Assembly: GCA_973895155.1 (NCBI GenBank)
Contig: OZ316894.1
Coordinates: forward strand, 10,509,874 to 10,573,873
DNA length: 64,000 bases
DNA from: Marsupella aquatica
Taxonomy: Eukaryota > Plantae > Marchantiophyta
Reading direction: 5' to 3'
Shown: piece by piece, positions 1 to 12,232 of the stretch
Layout: every line of letters starts with the position of its first letter
How positions within the stretch are numbered: position 1 is the stretch's first letter
Notes under the pieces: generated by a model
The model's database searches: none
Told to the model about the DNA's origin: nothing
What the model saw: the letters and a program-made list of their open reading frames with translations, nothing else
Made by a program: the position numbers and the translations under genes

Positions 1-795
1 GGCCCGAATATGCAAAAATACGCGAGTTTTGACCCTTTTAAACCCGTTTTTTCATGTTTTTTTGCACTTTATACGCGATTCTGGTTGCGAATACGTGCGC
101 CTTTTCCAGGGGCTTTAAACCCCTTTAAAGAGCTTTTTCGAAAAAAAATCCTCTCCTCCTCCTCATTGGTTGTGCCGCATCCAGGGCTCTATGACCCTCC
201 ATTTTAACCGCTTAGACAGGGGGAACGGCCCCCTATGACACTTGTCGGATTGTGCGAGAATATTCCTGAAAAACATAGAGCTATTTTTTGGCCATCCGAC
301 AAAGATTCCGTTCGCCGAACTTTTTTGGTTCTTTTTCAGCGAGGTTGTAGCCATTGAAGTTGGCAACGCGGTGCACCGATCACATCACAATTCCGACGAT
401 GGGTTGTACTTGGTATTTTGGTTATTCCCTGAGGTGGTCAAAATGGGGGAGTTTCCCAAGGTTTTACCCACCTCGACCAAAATTTGATTAACTTTTCCGT
501 CAAATTTTGATTTTGATTTCGGTTTTCAGTATTGGACTCCTAGCTTTGTGGGCTACGTGGCGGTGTTGAGTTTTGAGTTTTTTGAGAAGTTGTGAAAAAC
601 AACATTTTTGTGATTTTCTCATATGAGTGATTCGGAGGAGTTTTTCGAAGACGTAGAACTTGAAGCACGAGGATCAGCGTGGTGGTTTGAGGGGCAGAGA
701 GAGGAGCAAGAGGAAAAGCACGTGACACCGGTACCATCACCGGTGCGGCGTGTGGTGAAGGAAGCAGTACTACTACCGGAGCTCACAAGAAGAAG

Positions 796-1989
796 ATGGG
801 GACTTTCAAGCTTGGGGGACCCAAGTATGAAGTGACAAAGTATGATGGGCGCTCTGACTACTTGCTATGGGAGAAGCAGGTGAAGGGAGTGCTCTATGCA
901 TCAGGGATGGGCCAACTGCTGAGCCCTCGTGAAGACGATGTTGATGAGAAACAATGGGACCGCATGCAGGAGCAGGCTCGGGGGGGTCACTATATGGAGG
1001 GTCATACATCGCGTGCGACGTTTTAGGGTTTGACCCCCCTAACTTTAAAGTGAAAAATATTTTTTTGCAAAGCCCTTTCTTTCTTAAAATTTTGTCATTT
1101 TTTTATTAAAAAACCCCTAAAAACTTTATAGAAAGTATTTTTTGCAATTAAATAGGCCTATGTGTTCTTTAAAGTCGACCAATCAATAAAACATGCCCTA
1201 TGTGTTCTTCCACCAAACTTTGGAAGTCTTCCGCCACACCCATTTAAATGGGCCTATACTTCGTCGCACGTGATGTGTCACTTCCGTGGAAGTGACCCCC
1301 CCGAGGGAGCAGGGAGTGTGGTGTGTTACACTCTATCTCATTCCTCCCATCATCAAGCAGTTGGGTGCACATAAGGATTGCATGTTCTTGTTTGCGGAAT
1401 TGCAGAGCAAATATCACCGCAAGGAGTTGTCGAACTGGCTCTACACTTCCTACAAACTGATGAGTTTCAGGATAAAGAAATCCGGTACGAAGTTGCAAGA
1501 CCATGTTGATGCTTTCAACGACATGGTCGTTGACTTGGAAAACCTTGGGGAGACTTTGAATGATGAGACAAAGGCTCTACGCTTCTCATTTCATTGCCTT
1601 CATCTTACCAGTCCCTATCACAAGTGTTGTTGCATCGTGATAGGGATACCATTTCATACAATGATGTGATAAGTTCTTTGCTTAGTGATGATCTTCAGCA
1701 GAAGATGCACATCACGTCACAGCCTTCATCATCTGGTGCTGCCCTCAATGTTAACCGTGGGAGGAGTATGCAGCGACCAACTGGGGACCGTAGAACCCAA
1801 TTTAGATCTAAATCCAGATCTAAGTCCAGGGGTAAATCCCCTCAGAGGAGGCAGGTGACATGTTGGAAGTGCAACCAAGTTGGACACTTCAAGCGAGACT
1901 ATAAGGGAAAGGCAGCGAAAACTTCATCGGCAAATGTGGCTAGGGCTGATGGAGAAGCTGATTTACTCAATGATGAGTATGTTTTATGA
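796..1989 (+). pseudogene. gag: Copia gag (split by TIR element, frameshifted, degenerate zinc knuckle)
   Basis: KYDGRSDYLLWEKQVKGVL N-terminal motif, LQDHVDAFNDMVVDLENLG and PSSYQSL (UBN2-type gag), and CWKCNQVGHFKRDY (CCHC with last C changed to Y). Frameshift near 1590. Confidence 0.9.
977..1305. mobile_element. 329-bp non-autonomous TIR element (MITE-like) with 8-bp TSD GGAGCAGG
   Basis: Left end CTCGGGGGGGTCACTATATGGAGGGTCATACATCGCGTGCGACG and the right-end reverse complement CTCGGGGGGGTCACTTCCACGGAAGTGACACATCACGTGCGACG form ~44-bp imperfect TIRs. GGAGCAGG occurs at 969-976 and 1306-1313. AT-rich interior. Confidence 0.92.
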
Positions 1990-2160
1990 AGCCGAGGGTA
2001 TGCCTTGTGCACGTCATCTAGGAGAGCAGATGATGTGTGGATTCTTGATTGTGCTTGCTCTTTTCATATTTGTTACATTCGTGAGTTTTTCAGTTCTTAC
2101 TCTGTTTCAAATGGTTCAGTTCTGATGGGAAATGATCACTCCTATCAAATTGAGAGAATT
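1990..2160 (+). pseudogene. Copia aspartic protease, 5' part
   Basis: Translates ...DDVWILDCACSFHIC...GSVLMGNDHSYQIERI (degenerate WILDSGAS.H motif). Continues in frame at 23000 as GSVKIQMFDG. Confidence 0.88.
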
Positions 2161-2190
2161 CACTAGTATAAACCGGGGGGTATTTAGACC

Positions 2191-2520
2191 CCATTAAACG
2201 ACTATTCAGTACTGTATAGGACTTGGAAACGACTGGGAAGGACTCCAATCCTTCATAGGACTGGAAGTCGTATGTTTTGTTACTATAATCAACTGAGTCC
2301 TTTATAGAACTAGTTTATAAGTCGTTTAATAGACTAGATTTTCAGTCTATTGTAGTCTTTGTGTGGGTAGCTTTGGTGAGTCGTTTTCAGTCTTTTATAG
2401 GCTACGATGGTGAGTCGTTCAGAATGACTAAAAAGGTTATGGAGGGTAGTCTTTAAATATACTTTGTGGGTTTATAAAACGACTAAAGTAAACACTTTGT
2501 AGGGTATGTATAAGTCTTTC
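2191..2520. repeat. CACTA subterminal repeats (ACGACT/AGTCGT motif, both orientations)
   Basis: Repeated aaacgact / agtcgt(tt) and decayed variants next to the left TIR. Decayed variants (agtctt, agtcat) near the right TIR. Typical position of TnpA-binding sites. Confidence 0.7.
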
Positions 2521-3022
2521 ATGTCAACTGGATATGAGTGATGAAGACCCCACTATACTACTTGGAATGAACTCACTCTTGTGCACAAATAACACATTCC
2601 ATTCATGTTTTAATGTGTATTTGGAATGAACTCACTCTATAAGCTCACCATTCATCATGTTAACATTAGAACACATAGAGTTTTAGAAAGCCATCTTCTA
2701 TACCATGTACACTAATATGAATTCACAGATTCAAACATCATAGAATACAAAGAAGGTCACAAAGTATTCTTCTATACCATACACACTAATATTGAAATGA
2801 TACAAAACAGATTCAAGTATCGTAGACAATCACCATAGAACCATAGTTTGACATCAATCACTTGTTTCATACATACAGAATTCATAAATATCAATGTCAC
2901 ACAAGCTCCTTCATCCTCTTTACCAACTGGAAAAATTGGTACAGATATTTCTTGGATCTTTCCAAGGCAATGTCAAAATGTGACACAATTCACATGATTC
3001 TATCTACACTTGCATTTAGTCA

Positions 3023-6000
3023 CTACAGACTAACACACTCTGATGGCCACAGCACAAGAGATCCTACTGCATCTGCAATTATTTCTTGAGGTGGATCATC
3101 GTCTCTATTCGGAAATGGCAAATTACAACCGGATACAATCACTGTATTCAACAACACCACTACATGGTCATCTGGGACCACTTTGTCATGGAATTTAGCA
3201 TGATCCGGTCGCAAAATGCCTGTACCCACACATACCTGCCAGTCATCCTCCCATGATAGAAGATTATAGATTGGCTCTGTTGTGGCTATCACCTCCACCT
3301 TACCCTGGTTGTTTTTCTTGGCTTTCCTAGGTGGCTTATACATGACATTATTCATACCTTGGTTGTGAGTCATGACTTTGGCACGAGTGTTTTGTGCTGG
3401 TGATTGAGAATTGGCTACACTCTTCTTCAAAGAATCTGCATCCATATTTGACACTTCCGATTGTGTAGCAGGATTTCCCTACGACATCATCTCAGTATCT
3501 GCCAACATTGTACTTGCTTCAATTGAAGCATCTACAATCTTACTTGCATCCAATGTTGCTCCCAAGTTTCAACGTCGCTTCACCCTGCTCCCACTTGGTT
3601 GAGAGTCTATCAACTCTACATCAACTACAATTCAGTGTCATGTCCAACATAAGTCAATCACTCATGACACGTGCTAAATGTACATGTCACCAACCACAAA
3701 GTTGTCACTATCTCCTTACCATTATGAACAACCTTCTTCCCCTTCTTTGCCATTGCCATATCCTCCATGTTTGCTTCTGCTGATCAATTTACACACCACA
3801 ATATTCAGGTTGAATCTATTAACCACTGAATTGTTTCTCAACATTCATATAGAGGAATTTAAAGCATCAGCTTACCTGATACCTCCTTGGCTATGGTCAC
3901 TGAGGCACTGGGCACATCTTTTTCATTATTGCTCTTTGAATCACCTGATACATCAATCATGATGTCACTTCAAATCCCAGTTGATCCAACCAGTTCTTAC
4001 AGAAAAGATTACCTCCAACCTGCTTAAGCTTCACAAACTCCATGCACTTTTCAAATGATTCATACTGGATCATAGCAGGTTACCTATCTCAGCAACCTTC
4101 TTGCCCTTCTGCTTATTGATTACAGGGTCCTTCTTTGCCTCCACTCTTCCTGCATTCAAACCATTGAACACTTAATTCATGAAAACTTAGTTCTAACATT
4201 TGAACATAGGACACAATGAACAATGGGCCGGTGTCATTTCCATACCTGTGTCAGATTTGCCAATTCCCTTTTTTGTTAACAAGGGCACACTTTGTACAAT
4301 GTTGCCCTCATTGTTTGATTGGGAACCACCCAATTTTTCAATCACAAGCTTGAAATTAGATTCCATTGATGCAAGAAGGTTTGCTACAGATGCCTCCACA
4401 ATATCCAAACAATCAGCCAATTTTGTTTCCACTCGAGGGAGTCCACACTCTAATGACTTCAACCGTTCACACATCTCTGTGAGAGTTGTAACAGTTTCCT
4501 GTCATAACACAACTTACATATCTCAGATAACTGTCCCCAAGAACTGGTTGCTTACTTCCTACTACATTTCTTTCTGATGCTCAAGGCCAAATAGTCACAG
4601 AACATACAGAATTACAACATAATCACCTGTTTGGAAGTCACACTTGTCACCTCACTCCTTTGTTTCATGAACTCCTCTCTCACTTCTTGTGCTGATGGTT
4701 CTTCACCTGTCAATTTCTTCTGCAGTCCACATCAACATACATATGAATGAAACCAAGTATTGATTGTCAATGAAAATATAATAATGGTAGCAAGATGATA
4801 AGTTTGAGGCTTACTATCAGGCATGTCACTGCCTTACCAATTGTTCTTTCACTAGAGCATAACTTCCTCTCCTAGCCTGTGAAAGGTGTTTCACTTTGCC
4901 TTGAGCATTTGACATCAGTTCACTCTTGCTCTGTCCAGCCTCCGACATGAACCCTTTGATTAACCGTATCCATTGATCCAGTTCCAATGATGGGGGTGGT
5001 GGCATTCTCCTGTTAGAACCATTGTCTATCCACATCCTTTTCAACCTATGCCTCTCTTGTTTCAAAATCCTCATTGCATAATCTGATATGCAATCTTCAA
5101 CTGGGCCCTTACCATCATTACCAACATAGTCCCACCGTTCAAGACTGTCCTTGCAGATAGCAACCCAATCAGCTTTGTTCTGACTCCTAAACTCTGTAAT
5201 GCTCAAATCTAACCAACGCAATACTTCTCCTCTTAGGTCAGAATGCCAACGGTTCTTACCATCACATGTGGGAGTTATCCAACCATCGGAATTGACTTCT
5301 ACTTTACCAAATTTGTTACTGTCTCCTGCCTTGGTACTCCCTGAAGCGCTACTAGGTGTCCCTCCACGGCCTGGGGTCCCTCCACGGCCTGATCTCCCCC
5401 CACGGCCTGGATTGCATTGTCCAAACCTCCCTGGAGTCCCTGCACATTTACGGGATCCATTAGGTAAGTATGAAGCATAAATTTTGCTGCCAAATATACA
5501 CTGGACTTCAGAGCAATTCTGCAATGACCAAGTTACCTCTCCCTTGGCGCATAGATGGTTCTGGACCACCTGTCCAATTGCTTTGTCTTGATGAATTAGC
5601 GCCATTTCTCCCGCCTGTGAATGATTGCCTCCTATCTGAACGTGGATGGCCTTTGTTGTTTTCGTGATTGTCCCAATCAGAGTCTGCATAACAACAGGTA
5701 CATGCCACACTGATGGACCTGTAAGATAAACTCTTTGCCATAGCTAGACATCAGATAAGTCCATATTGAGCTAAATCTCTACTACCATCACAAAATCACT
5801 AGCACAAGGCACTTACTTGTCCAATCATCCTCCTCACCTTTCCATTGCCCTCTGTACCCGTCTATACCACGCTCTGGGTGTTCATATTCATCCCATCCAT
5901 CTTCTGCTCCATCATAGTCATCATCATAATCATCAAGCGTCCCTTGCCAATAACTCTGGCTCCTTCTAGGGTATGGATTATGTGATTTCTCTCTAGCTGC

Positions 6001-6158
6001 CCACCTACCTGGCACTTGATGAGGGCCCGTGCATCCTGCACAGGTGCATTTTTCTGTGAGCCCCCTGCATCTGGATCTCCATCCATATCCAATCTTTCCT
6101 CTTCACCCCACTCTCCAAGCCCCATGTCTGTCTCCATGTCATCACCCTCTTCCCCCAT
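3023..6158 (-). pseudogene. TnpA-like (ORF2) multi-exon CACTA accessory gene, probably disrupted
   Basis: Acidic N-terminal exon (5862-6158), ORF 4826-5710 with GRGG repeats and ...QWIRLIKGF...SELMSNAQ, small exon KKLTGEEPSAQEVREEF (~4650-4720), and C-terminal FHDKVVPDDHVVV...LPFPN...IADAVGSLVLWP. Typical of plant En/Spm second ORFs. Exon structure only partly resolved. Confidence 0.7.
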
Positions 6159-6335
6159 AGCTTATGCACAGCACCCACAACCAAACAGGGAGAATCAGCA
6201 CACTAGATTCAAAGTATCAATCAATTTCATGCATATCCAACTATCCTAAACATCATTCCAGGCAGCAATTCCCGTTCTGTGACTCTGTGCAGGTAGTCAT
6301 CCTCAACCTCATACTTGCCAATTGCCAATTGTTGC

Positions 6336-9300
6336 CTATTGCACATCATCAACCTCATCATATTCCATCTCCCCAGGTTCATCATATGTCTCTCTCAATG
6401 TTAACGGGATGAAGTCGGTCCTTGCCCGAGTTGGAACTACAGTCTCCTGACTAGGATGCTCGAATGCTGCATGGTCGTCCAAACTGAACTCTACTTTACT
6501 TCCATCCATCCGCCTGTTCCGTGCTTGGCTATGGCATACCACCCTCCAGTCATGTGACCCCTCCACATCTAGAAAGAAAGCCTGTTCAACTTGGCTAGGG
6601 AAAACAAAAGGTTCAGACCATTCTGGTACTCTGGATCTAAAATTGGCCAACAAGAACCCATCAGGATCACGCTTCATGGTGGCCCTTGGCCTCTGCCATT
6701 CTGATTTCACCCATGCTTCCTTCATCAATATTACAGGGACACTTGTGTTACCATAATTCAAGACCCAAATGTCTGTCGACTCCCCCACGTAACCCATCTT
6801 CATCCACCCCCTCTGTTCTTCAGAGGTTCTCTGCTCAAACACAGATATCAAACCACAATCATATGATACACAATGGTCACCCTGCTCATCCCTCACTTGA
6901 TAATGATTTCCATGTAAGCTCTCATCCGTTTGTAGGTCAGAATAGACAATCGTGGTGGCACAGATAGAAGATACAAATCCTTCTCCATATTTGGGTGATG
7001 TCTACTATGCTCTCGAATTGCCACCCGAATCCACTGCTCGAACTGTGGGAAGGGATCCTGCTGCCCAGAGTGTGCAGCTTTTTGCATATCATATTCCCTG
7101 CAATATGAGGTACAGGCATAGTTAGGTCTAAACAACACATGATAACCTAAGATCACCCTTGGAATAGACAAGAAGCATCACAACAAAGGCAAGTCAATTC
7201 AATCACTCACCTCCATCATGGTTGCATAGGCTCTGTGTTTGCCAGCATATATGAATGAGCCTTGTCTCGAATCGCAACAGACAGCTGCACAACACGTCCC
7301 ACACCTTCAACAACCTCGCCACTCCATCATCTTCACCAGATTTCCAAACTCTTGTCATAGCTTCACCAGACCCAGCCATGTACTCTGTTAGGAACCCCAA
7401 CGTCTCATCCTTAATGTACCCCAATGCCATGGAAGCCTCTGGCCTGTAGTATGTTCTCACATGACCTTTCAACAACTTCATGTATCGCTCCATAGGGTAC
7501 ATCCATCTCGTACTGACTGGCCCATACTGCCCTAGCTCTTCTGCCACATGGATTAGGAGATGAGTCATAACATCAAAGAAAGCAGGGGGAAGTATATCTC
7601 CAAGTCACAAAGGACATAAGCAGCATCCTGCTTCAACTGCTCCAATCCTTGGGGATCCCACACTTTCACACATATACGGCGAAATATATTGCATAGTCGA
7701 AGAATGACATTACGGACTGGTTTTTGCATGAGACCTCTGAGGCATAGGGGCAAAATGTGCTGCATCAACACATGGTAGTCATGTGTTTTCATACTGCCAA
7801 GTTTATTCTTTGTAATATGCTTCTTGAAGGCACCAGCATAGCCAGAGGGCACTTTTAGACAGCTCAATCTATACAAGAATGTCTTCCATTCTTCCTGTGT
7901 GCACACATAGGGAGCTTGGAACTTGAGAAGTACATTGGGATTGCTTGCATGGGGCTTCAACCAAAGGTGAGGGCAAATCCCCTTCTATTGCATATCAGCT
8001 CGAACTGCTCCTGTATCTTTCTCACCCGACAAGAACTTCAGCAAGCTCTCACAAATATTTTTCTCAATGTGCATGACGTCCACATTGTGTTTGCTGGGCT
8101 CAAATTCCTGCACTCCACAAAGCAAAGAATTCAACAACAGAAACACTAATTAACCAAATAGGAGGATTGTAACCAACATCAATCCACCATTGCTCCAATC
8201 TAAAATGTAGATCATACAGGGGCTGAAGGCTAAGTATATTACCCTCCAGTACTCCAACTCCAAGTCCATCAAGGTCTGTCTTTTCACACCGTGTCTCACC
8301 ACTGGATCCTCAGGTTCTCAATCAGTGGCACTTCTCTTGTCCCAATCAGCCTTCCTGGCTGCCCACCTCAGGACTTGCTCTTTGGTGACCCTCTGTGGTG
8401 GGCCACGAAGCTCTGTTTTGTTGTTGAAGTGTGCAATTTGAGACCATGTGTGCCTGTAAGGATGATCAGCAAGCAGATACCTTCTATGCCCCTGAAATTT
8501 CATACTGTGCAGGGCATGCGACCACTCACTTGTCACATTTTTCCCACATGGTGTGCACCCCACATAGCCCTTTGTCACTCGTCCAGATATGATGCCATGG
8601 CCTGAGTAATCTGCTATATCCAGCAAACAAATTGCATGCAGTCTAAAGGGGCTGGGTTGAAGAAGCCCCTTCAGAACATCATGGGTTAATACCCCTTCTA
8701 TCCACAAAGTCTTCGACTCTTCCACTGCTGGAGCCAACATAATATCTATGAATTGCTCGGTCAGAGAAGTTGGTCCAGGGATTAGCAGCACCATCATCAC
8801 ACAAAACCTCTTTGTAGTCATCCATGGGGGAAGGTTGTAATTTAGCAGTGTAACCGGCTAACATGAACAATGGTTGTTTTTGTCTCCAAATGGGTTTACT
8901 CCATCCAGTGATAGACCAAATCGAAAGTTCCACTTCTCTGTAGCAAACTGTGGCCACCTCTCATCAACAAATTTCCAATGGTTGGAATCTCCAATGTGAC
9001 GCTGCATGCCATCACTGTTGTTGTTATCAGAAGTCCATGTCATCAGCTTGGAAATGGCAGGGCATCTAAACAGACGTTGTAGTCTAAGAATGAGAGGAAA
9101 ATGACATTGAAGAACCTTGGCAGGGTGTGTACATTTCCCTACATTCTTGTACCTGTGCTTACCACAATGAGGGCATGTCAATTTATCTGCATGCTCTTTG
9201 CGAAAGAGAACACACCCATCAGGGCATGCGTCAATAGACACATAGTTCAGCCCAAGGTTAGACATCAATTTCCTAGCCTCGTACATATTTTTTGGAATTG

Positions 9301-10040
9301 AATTACCATCTGGTAACACATTTCGGCGCAAGAAGGTCAACAAATTTGTCACAAATATATTGGGAACATTGTGATTGCCACAGATGTTCAACAACAACAC
9401 AACAAAACCCAGCTTGGAGCAATTTGACCCCTCGTAGATAGGAATGCAAGCTTCTTTGGTGTGTTTTGGGCCCCCAAACACCCACTCCCTCTCTGCTGCA
9501 CCTTCCCAGATGTCAAAGTCAGGTTCAGGTGGGCCGTGTCCAATGTGTGGCTGTGGTTCATTGTCCTCTTCTGATTCCACTATGTCGTAAAAAGCATCAA
9601 GGTCTTAAAAAATCTCTTGAACCATTCTTGGGACATCCATCCCACCGTCCTCAGTGACTGCCTCTGCATCTCCATCTTGGTCATCCACGTTCTCGATCAT
9701 GTTGTACCCCAGGACCATCCTCTGCACCGTCTATGTCCTGCTCTACGTAGTCTCTACGCCTAGCTGTATTAGAATCCACAAAGTCAGCTCTCCACTCTTC
9801 ATCAGAGGAGTCTTCTTCTGCTGGTACATTCCAAACCCTTCACCGAGGGTGCCTTTCATGCCGTAGCAGGTGAAGGTGCACAGTGTTCAAACTCAACGAC
9901 TTGAATCCTTGGCACTGTGTGCATGGGCATCTCATCCTCCTACCCCTACCTTGGGCGGCCCGGGCTTGTTCACGCATCCACAATTTAGAATCATGATGCC
10001 TAATCCTAAATGGGTTATGAAGAGGCAACCTTGGAGCCAT
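6336..10040 (-). pseudogene. CACTA TnpD transposase (Transposase_21 family), several frameshifts
   Basis: Motifs RCPCTQC, YVSIDACPDGCVLF, FGLSLDGVNPFG, DVMHIEKNI (~8055-8085), MKTHDYHVLMQHILP, HLLIH...GPV..RWMYPMERYM and EPFVFPSQVEQAFF, spread over several frames. Probable intron ~8110-8242. Confidence 0.95.
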
Positions 10041-10371
10041 CACTATAGACACCCACTCAGCGCCCTGTCATTTTATTATGCAAGTGAAAAATACACTCCC
10101 TGTTAAGGATTTCACCCCCGACTGTACTTGCCAAAAGACGTAGCATAACGTTCCAAAAAAGCAAAAAAGCAAAAAATATAGGTGCCTGAGTCATGTACCT
10201 ATTCTCAAGTGAATGAGACAAAATTCCTAAATGTTTGAGGGTGTAAACTCCTCCGCTGTCCTCACATGTACTGCCTCTGCACGTACATCCATGACCATAT
10301 CAGAGTCCAATCATGTATAGTCATAGACACAGGTGCCAGGTGCGAGACCGGTGTGAGATGTCCTCATCTTA

Positions 10372-10904
10372 CTACCACATCAAATACGGATACCAATCCT
10401 GTTGTCGATGCCACTCAGCCCTGAGGTACTCAGGCATGTACATTAAGTCATCAAGGTCTAAACCCTACTCATGCCATGGTGGTCTTCGATCCGTGCCTAC
10501 AAGCAGTGGCAGTAGTGCCCTCCACGGTGCACATGTTGCTACCAAGTCCCTCCACTGGGTACTAATTAGTCTATATTTGCAGATATCTTGTGCGCCAGAC
10601 ACACAAGAACCCTTGGCCAGACATGTGTAAGAACTATATCATCTGCCAAATCAGGCAACAAGGAACCCCCTACAGCATCGTGCTTGTCTAACTCATCTGC
10701 TGAAAAGTAAATGTCCTCTTCGGACTGTGCATCCTCATTCACTACAGCATTCACAACACATCCAAGGTCTGCAGGCATTATCTCGGATGGAGCTACACTC
10801 TGTCTGGTTACCAATCTACACATGTAAGCCCAAGCAGTAGCCATGCACGATGCAACCCATAGGAGGACCCTACATAGGGCCTGCAGGTCTGGAAGAGGTA
10901 GCAT
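10372..10904 (-). pseudogene. F-box-domain cargo ORF (one frameshift, one internal stop)
   Basis: LLPDLADDIVLTHVWPRV then, after a frameshift near 10595, AQDICKYRLISTQWRDLV. These are the two halves of the F-box consensus (LP.E/D.I...I...L / L.R...VSK.WR.L). Confidence 0.72.
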
Positions 10905-11080
10905 ACCCACCAAAGTCTTCAGCCAAACAGAGCCTAGCAAGTAGATTCACAGTCACACCCCACGCAGCAGGAAACAACAATCACTTCAACTGCGACCAGC
11001 CATGACAAGATGAGTTAGTTCAAGCATCACATTTATTACAAAATTGTGATTTATACAAAAATATGAGGGACTCCTACTCC

Positions 11081-11937
11081 TCACTCTCTCCCACCATTGC
11101 TAAACATACATCTCCGCTGAATCTTGGAGGGCCAGGCCTCAAAAATATCAAAGTCCCAAGCATTCTGTCGCTTCCCTCTTGTTGCTGATTCCAGAAGCCA
11201 ATCAGGGGAAAGCACCCAAAGATTGTTGTTCATGACAAAATGACGCACTGTTGTCTTAAAGAATTTTCTGCATATTTTCATGTATGACAGACCTACAACA
11301 TGAGTGGAGGTTTCTGTTAGACTCTCCTCCACTGTCCCACCTAGCTCAACAACTATGGACTTGTACAGTCTGCACTTAGTCTCCCCAATTCCCTCTTCTG
11401 CAAATACCACACTAAACCCCTTCATAATGGTATTTCTCTCCTTGCCATGCTCATTCAATATAGCATCTGCACGCATACGATGGTGTCTTATGTTGACAAC
11501 AGGTCCATATTGGACAGAAGCAAAGTTGGATTTCTCTGCCGTTGCTTCATAGGCTTCCTTTTCAGCCAAAGCCTCTGCAGTGGCATCCTCACTCTCCCAC
11601 GTACATTCAACTCATATTGCTCAGTACTCTGTACACACCTATGTTTAACAGAATCAGTCAGCCAAGAGACTTCAACTACTTTTAGACCTAGGTTGGTAAT
11701 GGCAGAATCAATGAAGGACCATGACCACTTGTTCATCACATCCAGCCATGTCCCTGCAACAACATGTGTAGTCTGTGGAGTGATGTCCTTGACTTCAGTC
11801 CCATGGAACTCTGAGAATTATTTTTGTACGATTGGCCAACTCACTTGGGTGAACCCATAGTGGCTAGGAATCAAAATGGCTTTGATTCCAGCCAACAGAG
11901 GCGGGTGGTCAACCTTTGTACGTTTCCTAGAGGCCAT
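11081..11937 (-). pseudogene. Tandem-BRCT cargo ORF (pol lambda-like BRCT), one stop and one frameshift
   Basis: BRCT1: LLAGIKAILIP...*FSEFHGTEVKDITPQTTHVV...KVVEVSWLTDSVKHRCVQSTEQYEL, with a stop at 11818-11820. BRCT2: MKGFSVVFAEEGIGETKCRLYKSIVVELGGTVEESLTETSTHVV...WVLSPDWLLESATRGKRQNAWDF. Confidence 0.85.
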
Positions 11938-12232
11938 GTACACACGGGCCACCTAATCACTACAGACCGGAAGATAATGCGTTCACCTGATAATCGAAGG
12001 GCCCTTAAAATGTTGCGTTTATAGCTTGGTCCAGTCCAGTCGTCTGATGAGTCTCTGCTCCGATTCCAAATGGAAGAAATATTGGGACAAACGTACTAGA
12101 CACCTGCAAGGATGCACCTCATAGTTTGAATATGTGCCTTCACAATATTGAAGGTGACAAGTGCAATTGTTTTGTGATGCCACATACAGATGTTGTAAAT
12201 GGGCAGACATTCAATGAGAATACAAAATGTTG

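Noticed and set aside
1-620. 5' LTR or primer-binding site of the copia element
   Set aside because: No similarity to the 3' LTR and no TGGTATCAGAGC-type PBS seen. Treated as internal leader.
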